DNA from: Candidatus Poribacteria bacterium
GTDB lineage: Bacteria; Poribacteria; WGA-4E; WGA-3G
Reading direction: 5' to 3'
Length of the DNA stretch: 64,000 bases
NCBI GenBank assembly: GCA_965198235.1
Contig: OZ240248.1
Span: forward strand, 1,024,001 to 1,088,000
Numbering within the stretch: the first letter of the stretch is position 1; each line of letters begins with the position of its first letter. Below the pieces are notes generated by a model that had not been told where the DNA came from, searched no databases, and saw only the letters and a list, made by a program, of their open reading frames with translations. This document shows positions 18,956-28,545 of the stretch, in pieces. Made by a program: the position numbers and the translations under genes.

Positions 18956-20357
18956 AATAGAGATTAAAAACTTTAGAGCCTTTTATGGGGCATATCAGAT
19001 CGACTTGCACAAGGCGGGCAAGAGTTTGCTTGTTTACGGCGAAAACGGGAGTGGAAAAACTTCGTTGTATCAGGCGTTGAAAAGATTCCTGGAATCCAGC
19101 GAGGGTGGCCACCAATTTAAACCGCACCAAAACATCTTCAACTCGGATGATGGATATATCAAACTGCACCTCCGGGCTGATGCACAGTCGAAACAGGACA
19201 CTTATGAATGGTCTGAAACTGTTAAGGACGAGACAAATGATGAGCTTCTTGTTGAGGCATCAAGAGCAAAAGGCTTCCTAGACTATAAGGTACTTCTGGA
19301 AACGCACTACGTCCATCGGGAAAAAGAAAACGTGAATGTCTTCAAATTGCTAGTGGATAATCTTCTTGTCAATACCATCAACCGCTCAACAAATCAGACC
19401 CTTGGTGAAGAATGGGCGCGTCTTCAACAGGAACCATGGCCCCGTCGAAACGCAAAAACGAAAATTGCAGAACTGGCAGCACAGATCGAAACGTTTAACG
19501 ATGGGTTGGCCCAGAGATTGGACGAACTGCAAACGAAAGTCTCCGAAATTCTCCACAAATTTGGATACAATGTTGCGCTTGACTTAGATTTCCAAGGGAT
19601 TACGTATAACAGCAACGACAAGACGCTTGATAACCAAGAAATTCTCCTAACGGTTGCGTTCTTTGACAGAGACATCCCTGAGCATCACCACTTCCTGAAC
19701 GAAGCAAAGTTGTCAGCGATTGCGATTGCGATCTATTTTTCATCAATTCTGATTCAACCGGAGAGTGATCTGAAGTGCCTAGCACTAGATGATGTCCTAA
19801 TCGGTTTGGACATGTCAAACCGCCTCCCGGTCCTTGACATTCTGGACGAGTATTTCTCAGACTACCAAATCTTTTTGACGACTTACGATAAGGCATGGTA
19901 CGAGATTGTCAAACAACGGACATCTCATGGTGGGAAGTGGAAAGCCGTTGAATTCTATTTCCGGCAGACCGATGAATATGAAATCCCTGTCTATGCAGAA
20001 AATAAGGCATATTTGGATAAGGCGAGGGAATATCTTGAAGCGAATGACTATAAAGCCTGCGCTATTTACTTACGAACCGCTTTTGAGGTAATCGTCGAGG
20101 AATTTTGTGACGCGAAACGTCTTCCAGTTAGATACCACCGAAATTGGGATAAACTGGACAGTCAGGATTTCTGGGATCCAATAAAAGTTGAAAATAGTAA
20201 GTCTGGCTTTTTAGATCCACCGCTTATTAGAGATATTGAGCTGTATCGAAGCCGTATCCTAAATCCGCTCAGTCATACTACTATCACGAACATACCCAAG
20301 AAAGAAATTGAGGACGCTATTGAAGCGGTAGCACGTCTTAAAATTGCACTGCAGTAG
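18942..20357 (+). CDS. ABC/SMC-type ATPase with probable C-terminal HEPN domain (RloC-like)
   Basis: IKNFRAF, Walker A GENGSGKT, Walker B/D-loop LALDDVLIGLD, C-terminal YLRTAFE...RILNPLSH (R-x6-H). Confidence 0.8.
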   Translation: MRITKIEIKNFRAFYGAYQIDLHKAGKSLLVYGENGSGKTSLYQALKRFLESSEGGHQFKPHQNIFNSDDGYIKLHLRADAQSKQDTYEWSETVKDETNDELLVEASRAKGFLDYKVLLETHYVHREKENVNVFKLLVDNLLVNTINRSTNQTLGEEWARLQQEPWPRRNAKTKIAELAAQIETFNDGLAQRLDELQTKVSEILHKFGYNVALDLDFQGITYNSNDKTLDNQEILLTVAFFDRDIPEHHHFLNEAKLSAIAIAIYFSSILIQPESDLKCLALDDVLIGLDMSNRLPVLDILDEYFSDYQIFLTTYDKAWYEIVKQRTSHGGKWKAVEFYFRQTDEYEIPVYAENKAYLDKAREYLEANDYKACAIYLRTAFEVIVEEFCDAKRLPVRYHRNWDKLDSQDFWDPIKVENSKSGFLDPPLIRDIELYRSRILNPLSHTTITNIPKKEIEDAIEAVARLKIALQ

Positions 20358-20372
20358 GACAGACACCGCACC

Positions 20373-20401
20373 TTGCAATTAACCACCCAATACGGTATAA
20401 T
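20373..20401 (+). promoter_or_regulatory. Sigma70 promoter of the nitroreductase gene
   Basis: TTGCAA-17 nt-TATAAT, followed by RBS AAGGAGG. Confidence 0.65.
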
Positions 20402-20428
20402 TGAATTCTATAAGGAGGATCTGACATA

Positions 20429-20998
20429 ATGGATGTTAAAGATGCGATTCTTTCACGACGCACCATTTTTAAGTTCAAGCCGGAACCGGTGCCGAACGAT
20501 GTCATTGAACAAGTTTTCAGTTACGGGATATGGGCACCCAATCACCATGTCACTGAACCGTGGCGGTTCACCGTCATCGGCGAGGAGACGAAGCTAATTC
20601 TCGCAGACCGCTACCGCGAAATTAAGATTGAGGATACACCCGACCACGTTGATGCCGAAAATCTTGCCAAAATTGGTGAGTTGGCTTACGCGAAGTTCAT
20701 GTCCAAGCCGACGATTATCGCCGTTTCGTGCATACAAGACGGTGATGAGCAACGTCAACGGGAAGATTATGCCGCTGCCTGCTGTGCAATGCAGAACGTC
20801 CAGCTCGCTGCATGGGATGCCGGAGTTGGAATGCAGTGGAGCACCGGTAGAATCACGATGGAAGAGCAGACCTATCAGTTGCTCGAAATTGATTCGTCAC
20901 AAGAGTATATCATCGGCTTCTTCTACACCGGTTATCCCGCCGACATCAGCGAACCGAAACGACAACCTGCAGGCGAGTTTATCCGCTGGGTGGCTTAG
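20429..20998 (+). CDS. Nitroreductase family protein (YdjA-like)
   Basis: ILSRRTI.KF, WAPNHH.TEPWRF, QN.QLAAW..G.G..WSTG. Confidence 0.9.
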   Translation: MDVKDAILSRRTIFKFKPEPVPNDVIEQVFSYGIWAPNHHVTEPWRFTVIGEETKLILADRYREIKIEDTPDHVDAENLAKIGELAYAKFMSKPTIIAVSCIQDGDEQRQREDYAAACCAMQNVQLAAWDAGVGMQWSTGRITMEEQTYQLLEIDSSQEYIIGFFYTGYPADISEPKRQPAGEFIRWVA

Positions 20999-21128
20999 TA
21001 GCCGTCGGCTATCAGCAAAGAGAGGTGTGTGGCAGTTATAGAGGTTTGCAACTGCCACAGGTTTCCCTATTCTCACTGCGAAGCATGCTGAAAGTGAGCG
21101 TAGCGAACGCCCTGACTGCTGACAACTA
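20999..21128. repeat. Heptamer-flanked intergenic element (family D)
   Basis: Shares CTCACTGCGAAG(C/T)ATGCTGA with 48098-48117 and TGTGTGGCAGTTA with 56154-56166; similar (G)CTGA heptamer runs at 3292-3320, 37015-37082 and 50950-51082. Confidence 0.6.
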
Positions 21129-21959
21129 TTTAAGTTGATACGCTGCCTTGGCATTCTGCCAAAAGAACTTCGCCTTGACTGCATCGCCTTTCGCACTAAA
21201 GTAGTCGTTCACAATCTGTTGCACGACTTTATACGGAGCGAAGCGTTCAGATACGGGCCAATTGCTCCCGTAGATAAGTCTATCCTCACCAAATGCATCC
21301 CATAAAACATCTATCGTTGGGGTGTAATAGGCGACATCCGTCGGTGCGGGGATTTGTCCTGTGTGTTCTGCGAGTCCAGAAACCTTGCAATAGATGTTTG
21401 GGTAGCGAGCCACTTCACCGATAGCAGAAACCCAACCCGGGTCGGGTGGCTGTTCTGATATTCGCGCACCTGCGATGTGATTGATGACGATGTGCATCTC
21501 TGGTGTATGTTCAACCAAGGTTGGCAGGGTTAATAACATTTCAGGGCTAATCAGCAGATCCAAGGTGAGTGCTTTCGCTGCCAACTTTTCAATATTGGCT
21601 AAGAACATGTCGTCACCGATGGCGCGTAAGTGTCCTCCACCGAGGCGTATTCCGCGAAAGAGTGGATTCGCAGAGAATCTTGCCAAAGACGCTTCAAAGT
21701 CCGCGGCGTCGGGTTCTAAATGCCCAACAAACCCTACAATGAAAGGCTCATCTGCGGCGAGGTCCAAAATCCACTGATTATCTTCAAGCCATTTGCTTGC
21801 CTCGACGACAACAGTGCCAGTCGCACCTTCGGGGACTGCGAGTGCTTTGTAGTCTTCGGGCATAACCTTTCGGTAAAGCACGTCATCATCTGGATTCGGC
21901 CACGGTACACCTTCGGGGCGCGTTGGATCATAGAAATGTGTATGTGTGTCAATAATCAT
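21126..21959 (-). CDS. Amidohydrolase_2 family protein (L-fucono-lactonase-like)
   Basis: IIDTHTHFYD, VINHIA, CKVSGL, RLIYGSNWPV. Confidence 0.88.
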   Translation of the reverse strand: MIIDTHTHFYDPTRPEGVPWPNPDDDVLYRKVMPEDYKALAVPEGATGTVVVEASKWLEDNQWILDLAADEPFIVGFVGHLEPDAADFEASLARFSANPLFRGIRLGGGHLRAIGDDMFLANIEKLAAKALTLDLLISPEMLLTLPTLVEHTPEMHIVINHIAGARISEQPPDPGWVSAIGEVARYPNIYCKVSGLAEHTGQIPAPTDVAYYTPTIDVLWDAFGEDRLIYGSNWPVSERFAPYKVVQQIVNDYFSAKGDAVKAKFFWQNAKAAYQLK

Positions 21960-22035
21960 TTTTTTAACTATGGCCTCCTGCTATGATCAGCACGTTGTGC
22001 TGATTATCGGTTTCTGATGAGGTTGGTACGTTTCT

Positions 22036-22872
22036 GTGCATAATTCTGTTTTTCTTTTTCCTTTTAATGTGAGGCATTTTATCGTAGTAGGGCTCTTAAC
22101 CTATTTGCTGTCCGGATGTAATCCTTTCGATCAGGGACAGCAACAGAAGCGGGAGCTTCAACGTGATGTGTTAAAGCTTAGAATGGGGCAGGCACTCAAT
22201 CCGACAGATGCGGAGGGGCATATTCAACTCGGCAAATCCTATCGTGAATTGGGTGAGTATGATAAAGCGATAGAATCTTTCCAAAACGCCATCGCGCTTG
22301 ATGACGAGCACCACCACGCCTATAACAACCTCGGTTTGGTTTACACCGATATCAGTATGTTCGCACTTGCGATTGATATGTTCCTCGCTGCGCTTGAGTT
22401 GGCACCGGGAAACCCCGCTTTCTACAACAATCTCGGTTATGCTTACGACATGACAGACCAGTTTGACGAGGCTCTCGCCGCCTTTCAAAACGCAATTGAA
22501 ACGGATCCAACCTTTGTTGATGCCTACTATAACCTCGCAAATGCCTACCTCCACAGCGGAATGTATCAGGATGCTATTCAAAATTACGAGGCTGCCCTTG
22601 AAATAGAAGAGGGGGACGCTGATACCTATTTTAACCTCGGTCTCGCTTACGAGGAAAACGGGGGATTTCTTCGCGCTATCCAATCCTATGAAAAAGGCTT
22701 ATCCCTTGATGACAGCGATGCAGAAGCTTACTATCGTCTCGCACAAGCGTATCAGAAAAATGGCGATCCGCTCATGATGCGTCGCTATCTGGAGATTTTC
22801 TTAAAACGTGCTGAGGGGCTTCCTTATCTTCAAGAGGAGATCCGCACCGCTGAGCAGATGTTTGATAGATAG
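22036..22872 (+). CDS. TPR lipoprotein
   Basis: LSGC lipobox and about 6 TPRs (AYNNLG, AYYNLA, YFNLG). Confidence 0.85.
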   Translation: MHNSVFLFPFNVRHFIVVGLLTYLLSGCNPFDQGQQQKRELQRDVLKLRMGQALNPTDAEGHIQLGKSYRELGEYDKAIESFQNAIALDDEHHHAYNNLGLVYTDISMFALAIDMFLAALELAPGNPAFYNNLGYAYDMTDQFDEALAAFQNAIETDPTFVDAYYNLANAYLHSGMYQDAIQNYEAALEIEEGDADTYFNLGLAYEENGGFLRAIQSYEKGLSLDDSDAEAYYRLAQAYQKNGDPLMMRRYLEIFLKRAEGLPYLQEEIRTAEQMFDR

Positions 22873-22905
22873 CGTTCTTCCTCAAAATCAGCAGGAATTC
22901 CGACT

Positions 22906-23823
22906 TCATTCCATCTTTGTAGAGCGGATATATTCTTGCGCTTGTAGATAAGGCGGCGATGTGATTAACGCATCACATTCTCGCGGCACGGGGTCATAAG
23001 ACGAATCGACACCACCATGAAATTCGACTTCCCCCAGATGTTCAAAGTGGTGTTGTGTATGCATCATGAAGTCGTTGAGATTTCTTAACGTCTTCAAGGA
23101 GAGGCTGCGGGTCATCTCTTCCAACTGTTCTCTCCAATTTTCCTTAAGCATCTCTTCTATAGCCTTCAACTTACGCTTGGATCTGGCGAGCTTAGGTGTT
23201 CTATCTTCTGTGTAAGAAAACCGTTTGCTAACCTTTAACAACGCAGATTTGATAATAGTGGAATAAATTCCACCGTCTGTGTTGTTAGTGAAACCCCAGT
23301 ACTGCGATAGCATTTCTAAGATTTCCGGCGCGTACCAGTAGGCGACATTTGACCAGGTGGGTATGAACAGATGCTTGCTTTCTTTCATACCGTCTAACAG
23401 TTTACGCAAATGCCGTTCGTTCAATCGTTCTGCCCCGCGGTAAACCTTCAGCGGCATGATGTGATTCAAGAGCGGATTCAGATCGAGTAGAACAGCGTTG
23501 CGTTTACACAGATATGCTTCGACTCCTACAGTCCCCGAACCGGCGAACGGATCGACAATCCAATCCCCTTCCTTTGTGTAGGTGTTGATCGCGTATCGAA
23601 CGACTTGAGGGATGAATTTCGCAGGATATGCGAAAATAGCGTGTGTCAGGTAGCCGGTATCCTTAATTTCGGGAACTAATTCGCGGAAGGAAACCAACTC
23701 TACTCCATCAGATTCAGTGTCGTCTGTTGGGACCTCAGGTTCAGTATCTGTGGGGAAAGGAATACCTTCAATATGGGTTTGCAAATCGCTCTCGAATTGT
23801 GTTTTCGGACTACGGTTTTTCAT
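22906..23823 (-). pseudogene. Amino-DNA methyltransferase (N4C/N6A), apparently 3'-truncated
   Basis: H.IFAYPAKF, DPFAGSGT (motif I), TSPPY (motif IV) only 13 aa before the stop. Confidence 0.7.
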
Positions 23824-23841
23824 AAACTGCTATGAAACACG

Positions 23842-25068
23842 CTATTGCAATTCTTCTTCCGTTAGTTGGAAATCAAAGACCTCTTCCCCTTCTTTCGTTC
23901 CTTCAATTTCTTCTTCCGTTAGTTGAAAATCAAAGATTTCTTCCCCTTCTACAACTTCTTCCGTCTCTGTATCGGGGGACGTAGTGCTTTGGGTCTGTTC
24001 TGCCGGTTGTGGTGTTTCCTGTGTTTCAAGTTTAGGAGAACTTGCACCGAGGAGAGTTAACCCCACAATCCCCACGACACAGACAGTCGTGACCGTCAAT
24101 GCAACGGGGCGTTTCCAGAGGACGGCACGCTCGCTTCTGTCTAAGAACGGGAGGAATAGCAAAAGCAATATGCCAACCGTCGGAATGACAAACGTTCCAA
24201 CGATTTCAAGGGGACCTTGAAAGTACTTCAGCAGTTGAAACAGGAATAGAAAATACCATTCAGGTCGGGGATCGTAACTCGCATTCGTTGGGTCAGCGAC
24301 ATCTTCAAGTGGGACAGGCACGAACAACGCAACGGCTGCCAATATTGCAAAGAGAATGAGCATACCGACAACATCTTCAAATACCTGATCCGGATAGAAC
24401 GGTTTCCCCATTTTCATTTCTTCTGACGTGTTCTGTGTTGTGCCGGAAGAACCGTAGTAGCGGACGAAGAAGAGATGCACACCGACCAAACCGAAAACTA
24501 ACCACGGCAACCAGATTGTATGGAGCGCGTAAAACCGTGCCAGTGTCACCGCGCCTATCTCGGTTCCACCGCGCATGACCTTCGCGACAAAATCGCCAAG
24601 AATGGGGGCAGTGCTGGCGATTTCAACGCCGACGACTGTCGCCCAATATGCTTTATCATCCCACGGAAGGAGGTAACCTGTGAATCCAAAGCCGAGTACG
24701 ACCAGCAGCAGGAGAACGCCGAATATCCATGTGAATTCACGCGGGGCTTTGTATGAACTGTAAATGACGACGCGGAGCAGGTGCAGAAAGACAATAATGA
24801 CCATCGCGCTCGCACCCCAATGGTGCAAACCGCGCACGAATGACCCAAATGGCACCTCTTTGCTGATATACGTTACCGCGTTATGGGCATGCTCTGGTGA
24901 AGGAGAATAATATAACGCCAGAAAGGCACCCGTAGCCGCCTGAAGCAAAAGCAGAAACATCGCCAAGCTGCCCAGTGAGAAAAGCAGATTGATGTGTTTC
25001 GGTAAAGGTTTGCGTAAGTGCGCGGAGAACTCCGTCAACGGGAGACGTTCGTTGAGAAATTCCCTCAT
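23842..25068 (-). CDS. Cytochrome b subunit of a bc complex (start ATG 25068)
   Basis: RGLHHWGAS, FTGYLLPWD, RFYALH, PEWY; TAATG overlap with the Rieske stop. Confidence 0.93.
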   Translation of the reverse strand: MREFLNERLPLTEFSAHLRKPLPKHINLLFSLGSLAMFLLLLQAATGAFLALYYSPSPEHAHNAVTYISKEVPFGSFVRGLHHWGASAMVIIVFLHLLRVVIYSSYKAPREFTWIFGVLLLLVVLGFGFTGYLLPWDDKAYWATVVGVEIASTAPILGDFVAKVMRGGTEIGAVTLARFYALHTIWLPWLVFGLVGVHLFFVRYYGSSGTTQNTSEEMKMGKPFYPDQVFEDVVGMLILFAILAAVALFVPVPLEDVADPTNASYDPRPEWYFLFLFQLLKYFQGPLEIVGTFVIPTVGILLLLFLPFLDRSERAVLWKRPVALTVTTVCVVGIVGLTLLGASSPKLETQETPQPAEQTQSTTSPDTETEEVVEGEEIFDFQLTEEEIEGTKEGEEVFDFQLTEEELQ

Positions 25069-25547
25069 TACGTCTCCTTCACGTATAAAATGCCGGCTTC
25101 GACTTTCGTTTGTAGTTTCTGCAACGGATGTGGCGGCGGTCCGGCAACAACACTTCCGTTCTTGTCGAACACCGCACCGTGACACGGACAGAGGAAAGAT
25201 TCCTTCTGTTCATCCCATCGGACGAGGCAACTGAGGTGTGAGCAGGTTCTCGAAAAAACAGTCCACTCCCCATTACCGTCATCCGTCAAATAGACAGAAC
25301 GTTTCTTCGTTGCTTTGACCCAACCGTCTTTTGCTGTGAAGGTATAGTCCACCTTTTTAAAGCGGCTATTTTTGAGTCGGTCAGCGAGACCCAAGTCGAC
25401 CCATTTCGACTCTCCTTTTTTGAAGGCAGGCGAAATCGCAAACCCGATGAGCGGGATACTGGCAGCGAGGCTCAACACTCCCCCGATAAACGCGGTTGCC
25501 CAATTTATAGAAAAGACTAAGAACGAGCGTCTGCCCTTTTTCTCCAT
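25068..25547 (-). CDS. Rieske iron-sulfur subunit
   Basis: RRSFL TAT-like signal, CSHLSC and CPCHG motifs, GPPP. Confidence 0.93.
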   Translation of the reverse strand: MEKKGRRSFLVFSINWATAFIGGVLSLAASIPLIGFAISPAFKKGESKWVDLGLADRLKNSRFKKVDYTFTAKDGWVKATKKRSVYLTDDGNGEWTVFSRTCSHLSCLVRWDEQKESFLCPCHGAVFDKNGSVVAGPPPHPLQKLQTKVEAGILYVKET

Positions 25548-25690
25548 CCATTTTCTCCTTTGCAGCAATCAAACCCATATAGAACCCAAGGGTGCTGTGA
25601 TCTTGGCAAAAACCCGATTTTGACAGCGGAAAAATCGGCGCGAAAACCCAATAATTAAAAAATTCGGCAGCATTGGGTCGTGCTGGCAGC

Positions 25691-26758
25691 TTATGGCTTT
25701 TCCCACGTTTGCCCTTCAAACGGTTTTCGCAAATCATATCGTCCTTCCACTAAGACAGGAAGCGTACCGTCGTTAATCATGAGTTCGAGCGGTAGTTCCT
25801 TGGTTTCCATCGGTATGTTGACGACATCCTTGATACGCAAAGACTCATAGATAGCCATCATGATTTCAAGTGTATAGCGTGCTTGAGCGCCACTGCCGCG
25901 ATGGTCGGAAATATCGCCTTCGATCCACTCGATGAATTCATCGTACTGATTTTTAGTTTGTGGGGGTGGTGTAAGGGTTTGCCATCCCTTCGCGTCCCCA
26001 TTTTGGAGCAGAAGTGTGCCGTCAGGTCCGTTACGAATTTGTCCTTCTGTTCCGGCGATTTTGGGCATTGAAACTGACGGTTCCGGTAGATCACCTTCGT
26101 AGATACCGCGTGCCCCGCCTTCAAAGCAGACTAAGCCCATACAGAGGTCCTCACAAATTGTGCGGCGTTCCCACCGATCGGTCGTGCGAGCGGTCTGTCC
26201 AATCACCCAGAGTGTTTCGGGATCCGACAGAATGAAGCGCCATCCATCAATTGCATGCGTCCCTGTATTCAGCAGTCCTGCGTGCCTTTTCGCGCTGTGG
26301 TGGACAGTTGTTGGTTCACCAATCGCTCCTGCAGCGACAAGCCTACGTGTCTCTATGTTTGCAGGGGCGTATCTACCTTGGTGTCCGATGATAAGTTTAA
26401 CATCGTTCTCTTCACAGGCAGCAAGCATAGCATCGGCTTGTCCAAGTGAAGCTGCCATCGGTTTCTCGCCGATAATGCCTTTCACGCCTGCTTTCGCCGC
26501 TGCGACAGTCGCTTCCGCCCGCGGTCCCTGCCATGTTGTGATGCTGACGATGTCCAAATCCTCTTTTGCCAACATTTCATCAACGTCGGTATAGATAGCG
26601 GGGACATCGTATTCGTCCGAAACGCGTTGCGCTGCTTCTTCATAGATGTCCATTGCGGCTACGACTTTTGCCTTCGGATATTGGGTCCATGCTCTTGAAT
26701 GGGATCTGCCCATTCCGCCGCAGCCAATGATTCCAACACGATATGTCTGATTTGCCAT
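25691..26758 (-). CDS. Gfo/Idh/MocA oxidoreductase
   Basis: VGIIGCGGMG, EKPMA, GTHAID. Confidence 0.9.
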   Translation of the reverse strand: MANQTYRVGIIGCGGMGRSHSRAWTQYPKAKVVAAMDIYEEAAQRVSDEYDVPAIYTDVDEMLAKEDLDIVSITTWQGPRAEATVAAAKAGVKGIIGEKPMAASLGQADAMLAACEENDVKLIIGHQGRYAPANIETRRLVAAGAIGEPTTVHHSAKRHAGLLNTGTHAIDGWRFILSDPETLWVIGQTARTTDRWERRTICEDLCMGLVCFEGGARGIYEGDLPEPSVSMPKIAGTEGQIRNGPDGTLLLQNGDAKGWQTLTPPPQTKNQYDEFIEWIEGDISDHRGSGAQARYTLEIMMAIYESLRIKDVVNIPMETKELPLELMINDGTLPVLVEGRYDLRKPFEGQTWEKP

Positions 26759-26818
26759 CTGTTTGGTCTCCTTATCTTGGCGTAGCTTGCAAGCCAACTG
26801 TTTAAAACCGTGTTGACT

Positions 26819-26847
26819 ATTCTAACACTCCTCACTGTTTTTGTCAA
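26819..26847 (-). promoter_or_regulatory. Sigma70 promoter of the Gfo/Idh/MocA gene
   Basis: TTGACA-17 nt-TAGAAT on the minus strand. Confidence 0.65.
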
Positions 26848-27070
26848 ATTTTTCGCTGTTTTCTCATCCTCTGTGCTGATTACTCTGTAGGCGTGCCGTG
26901 CGATAATCGACGGTGGAGTAAAACAAGTGTAATGGAACGCTGAAGACTAATGTTCCTATCGTTTTCCTTGACAAACCTTCGGAAACGTTGCAAACTATAG
27001 AAAGTAATATAAACTTGTAGATTACGCCTTATTTTTCAACAAATTTCGCCAAAAGAGAGGGTATTATTAG

Positions 27071-28168
27071 ATGGCAGATTATGAAGATAAAGGTTCACAG
27101 ATTCGAGTGACGAACCTTGAGGCTTTTCCGATGGGAGTGAAAGCCTACGTCAAGATTGAAACGAACATGGGTGTTACGGGTTGGGGTGAGATTAACAATA
27201 TGGAGACAACCGTCACCTGTGCATTGGCGCGTTCCTTGTCGGAACTGATTATCGGGGAAAACCCGACGCGTATTGAGCATCACTGGCAGCGATTGTTTCG
27301 GGCACATCGCAACATCCGGGGCGGTGGGTTGATGGTCCATACCATCTCCGCTATTGATATGGCGTTGTGGGATATAGCTGGGAAACTCTGGGGCGTACCC
27401 GTCTATCGCTTACTCGGTGGTCCGTGCCGCGATAAGATTTGGAAGTATCCGAGTCCGAAGGCGATTAAGACGGGACCTGGAGGCTCTAAGCCGTTTGCTG
27501 GCACTCCAGATGAGATTGCGGATCTGGTTCAACGCGTGCGAGACGCGCGGGAGAAGGTCGGTTCCGATGGTGCGGTGATGTTTGATGCGCATAGCTGCCT
27601 ACCGCCGCCTATTGTCAAACAATTCGCGAGTTACCTACAACCAGACGACCTACTCTTTTTAGAGGAAGCGTGGGTGCCGGGCAATATTGAAGTGATGCGC
27701 AAAATTCGGGAATCTGTCCCTGTACCGCTTGCCACTGGGGAGCGCGACCGCACAATATGGGAGGTTCGCGAAATCCTTGAAGCGCAAGTGATTGATATTC
27801 TTCAACCTGATTGTGGACACGGCGGCGGCATTACGCAAGTCAAAAAGGTCGCAGCCCTTGCAGAGGCGCACCATGTCCCAATCGCGCCACACTGCACGAT
27901 GTCCTACCTCGGTCTCACCGCAAGTTTTCACTTATCCGCGGCTGTGCCGTTTTTCCTCATCCACGAGGGCTATGAGAACGTCCTTCCAGACGGTGTTGCC
28001 CACAAAACGTGGGAGATGGACGAAGAGGGCTACGTGTCACTTCCCGAAGGACCCGGCTTAGGGGTTACCGTGGATGAAGCAAAGGTTATTGAAGTCGGGC
28101 AAGAAGCAGGAAGGCGTTTCACGTGGCCCGATAGTAGATTAGCGGATGGTTCCATCGCCGATTATTAG
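27071..28168 (+). CDS. Mandelate racemase/enolase-superfamily dehydratase (galactonate dehydratase-like)
   Basis: SAIDMALWDIAGK, VYRLLGG, DAH, EE, ATGER, QPD..H.GG, APH, PGLG. Confidence 0.9.
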   Translation: MADYEDKGSQIRVTNLEAFPMGVKAYVKIETNMGVTGWGEINNMETTVTCALARSLSELIIGENPTRIEHHWQRLFRAHRNIRGGGLMVHTISAIDMALWDIAGKLWGVPVYRLLGGPCRDKIWKYPSPKAIKTGPGGSKPFAGTPDEIADLVQRVRDAREKVGSDGAVMFDAHSCLPPPIVKQFASYLQPDDLLFLEEAWVPGNIEVMRKIRESVPVPLATGERDRTIWEVREILEAQVIDILQPDCGHGGGITQVKKVAALAEAHHVPIAPHCTMSYLGLTASFHLSAAVPFFLIHEGYENVLPDGVAHKTWEMDEEGYVSLPEGPGLGVTVDEAKVIEVGQEAGRRFTWPDSRLADGSIADY

Positions 28169-28443
28169 AAGTATAAGCACGCTCCTCTTTTGCTGGCGAG
28201 GTTTCCTTGGGGAAATCCGCAGAAATACCGGATTTGGTCTGGGAATAGACTAAATCCAGTCCTTGTATTACATTTCCATTCCTTGTATTACATTGCAAAG
28301 ATCCCAAGCAAAAACACCTCGCCAGTTCCGCTATATTCCTTTTGGCTATCAGCCGTCGGGATTCGGAGACCCTTCCTACACGAGAACTAAATATCCCTAC
28401 TATTTTCCCACAACAAAAAAATTTTAGATAAAATGCATTTTAT

Positions 28444-28472
28444 GCAACCTTACCTCCGTTAAAATACGACAT
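28444..28472 (+). promoter_or_regulatory. Possible ECF-type autoregulatory promoter
   Basis: GCAACC-17 nt-CGACAT upstream of the ECF sigma gene. Confidence 0.3.
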
Positions 28473-28545
28473 AACGTCACAAGGCATTTCGGCGAAGCTT
28501 GTAGGTCTCCGAAACTTGCTATCAGACTGACTTTGGAGGGTAATC

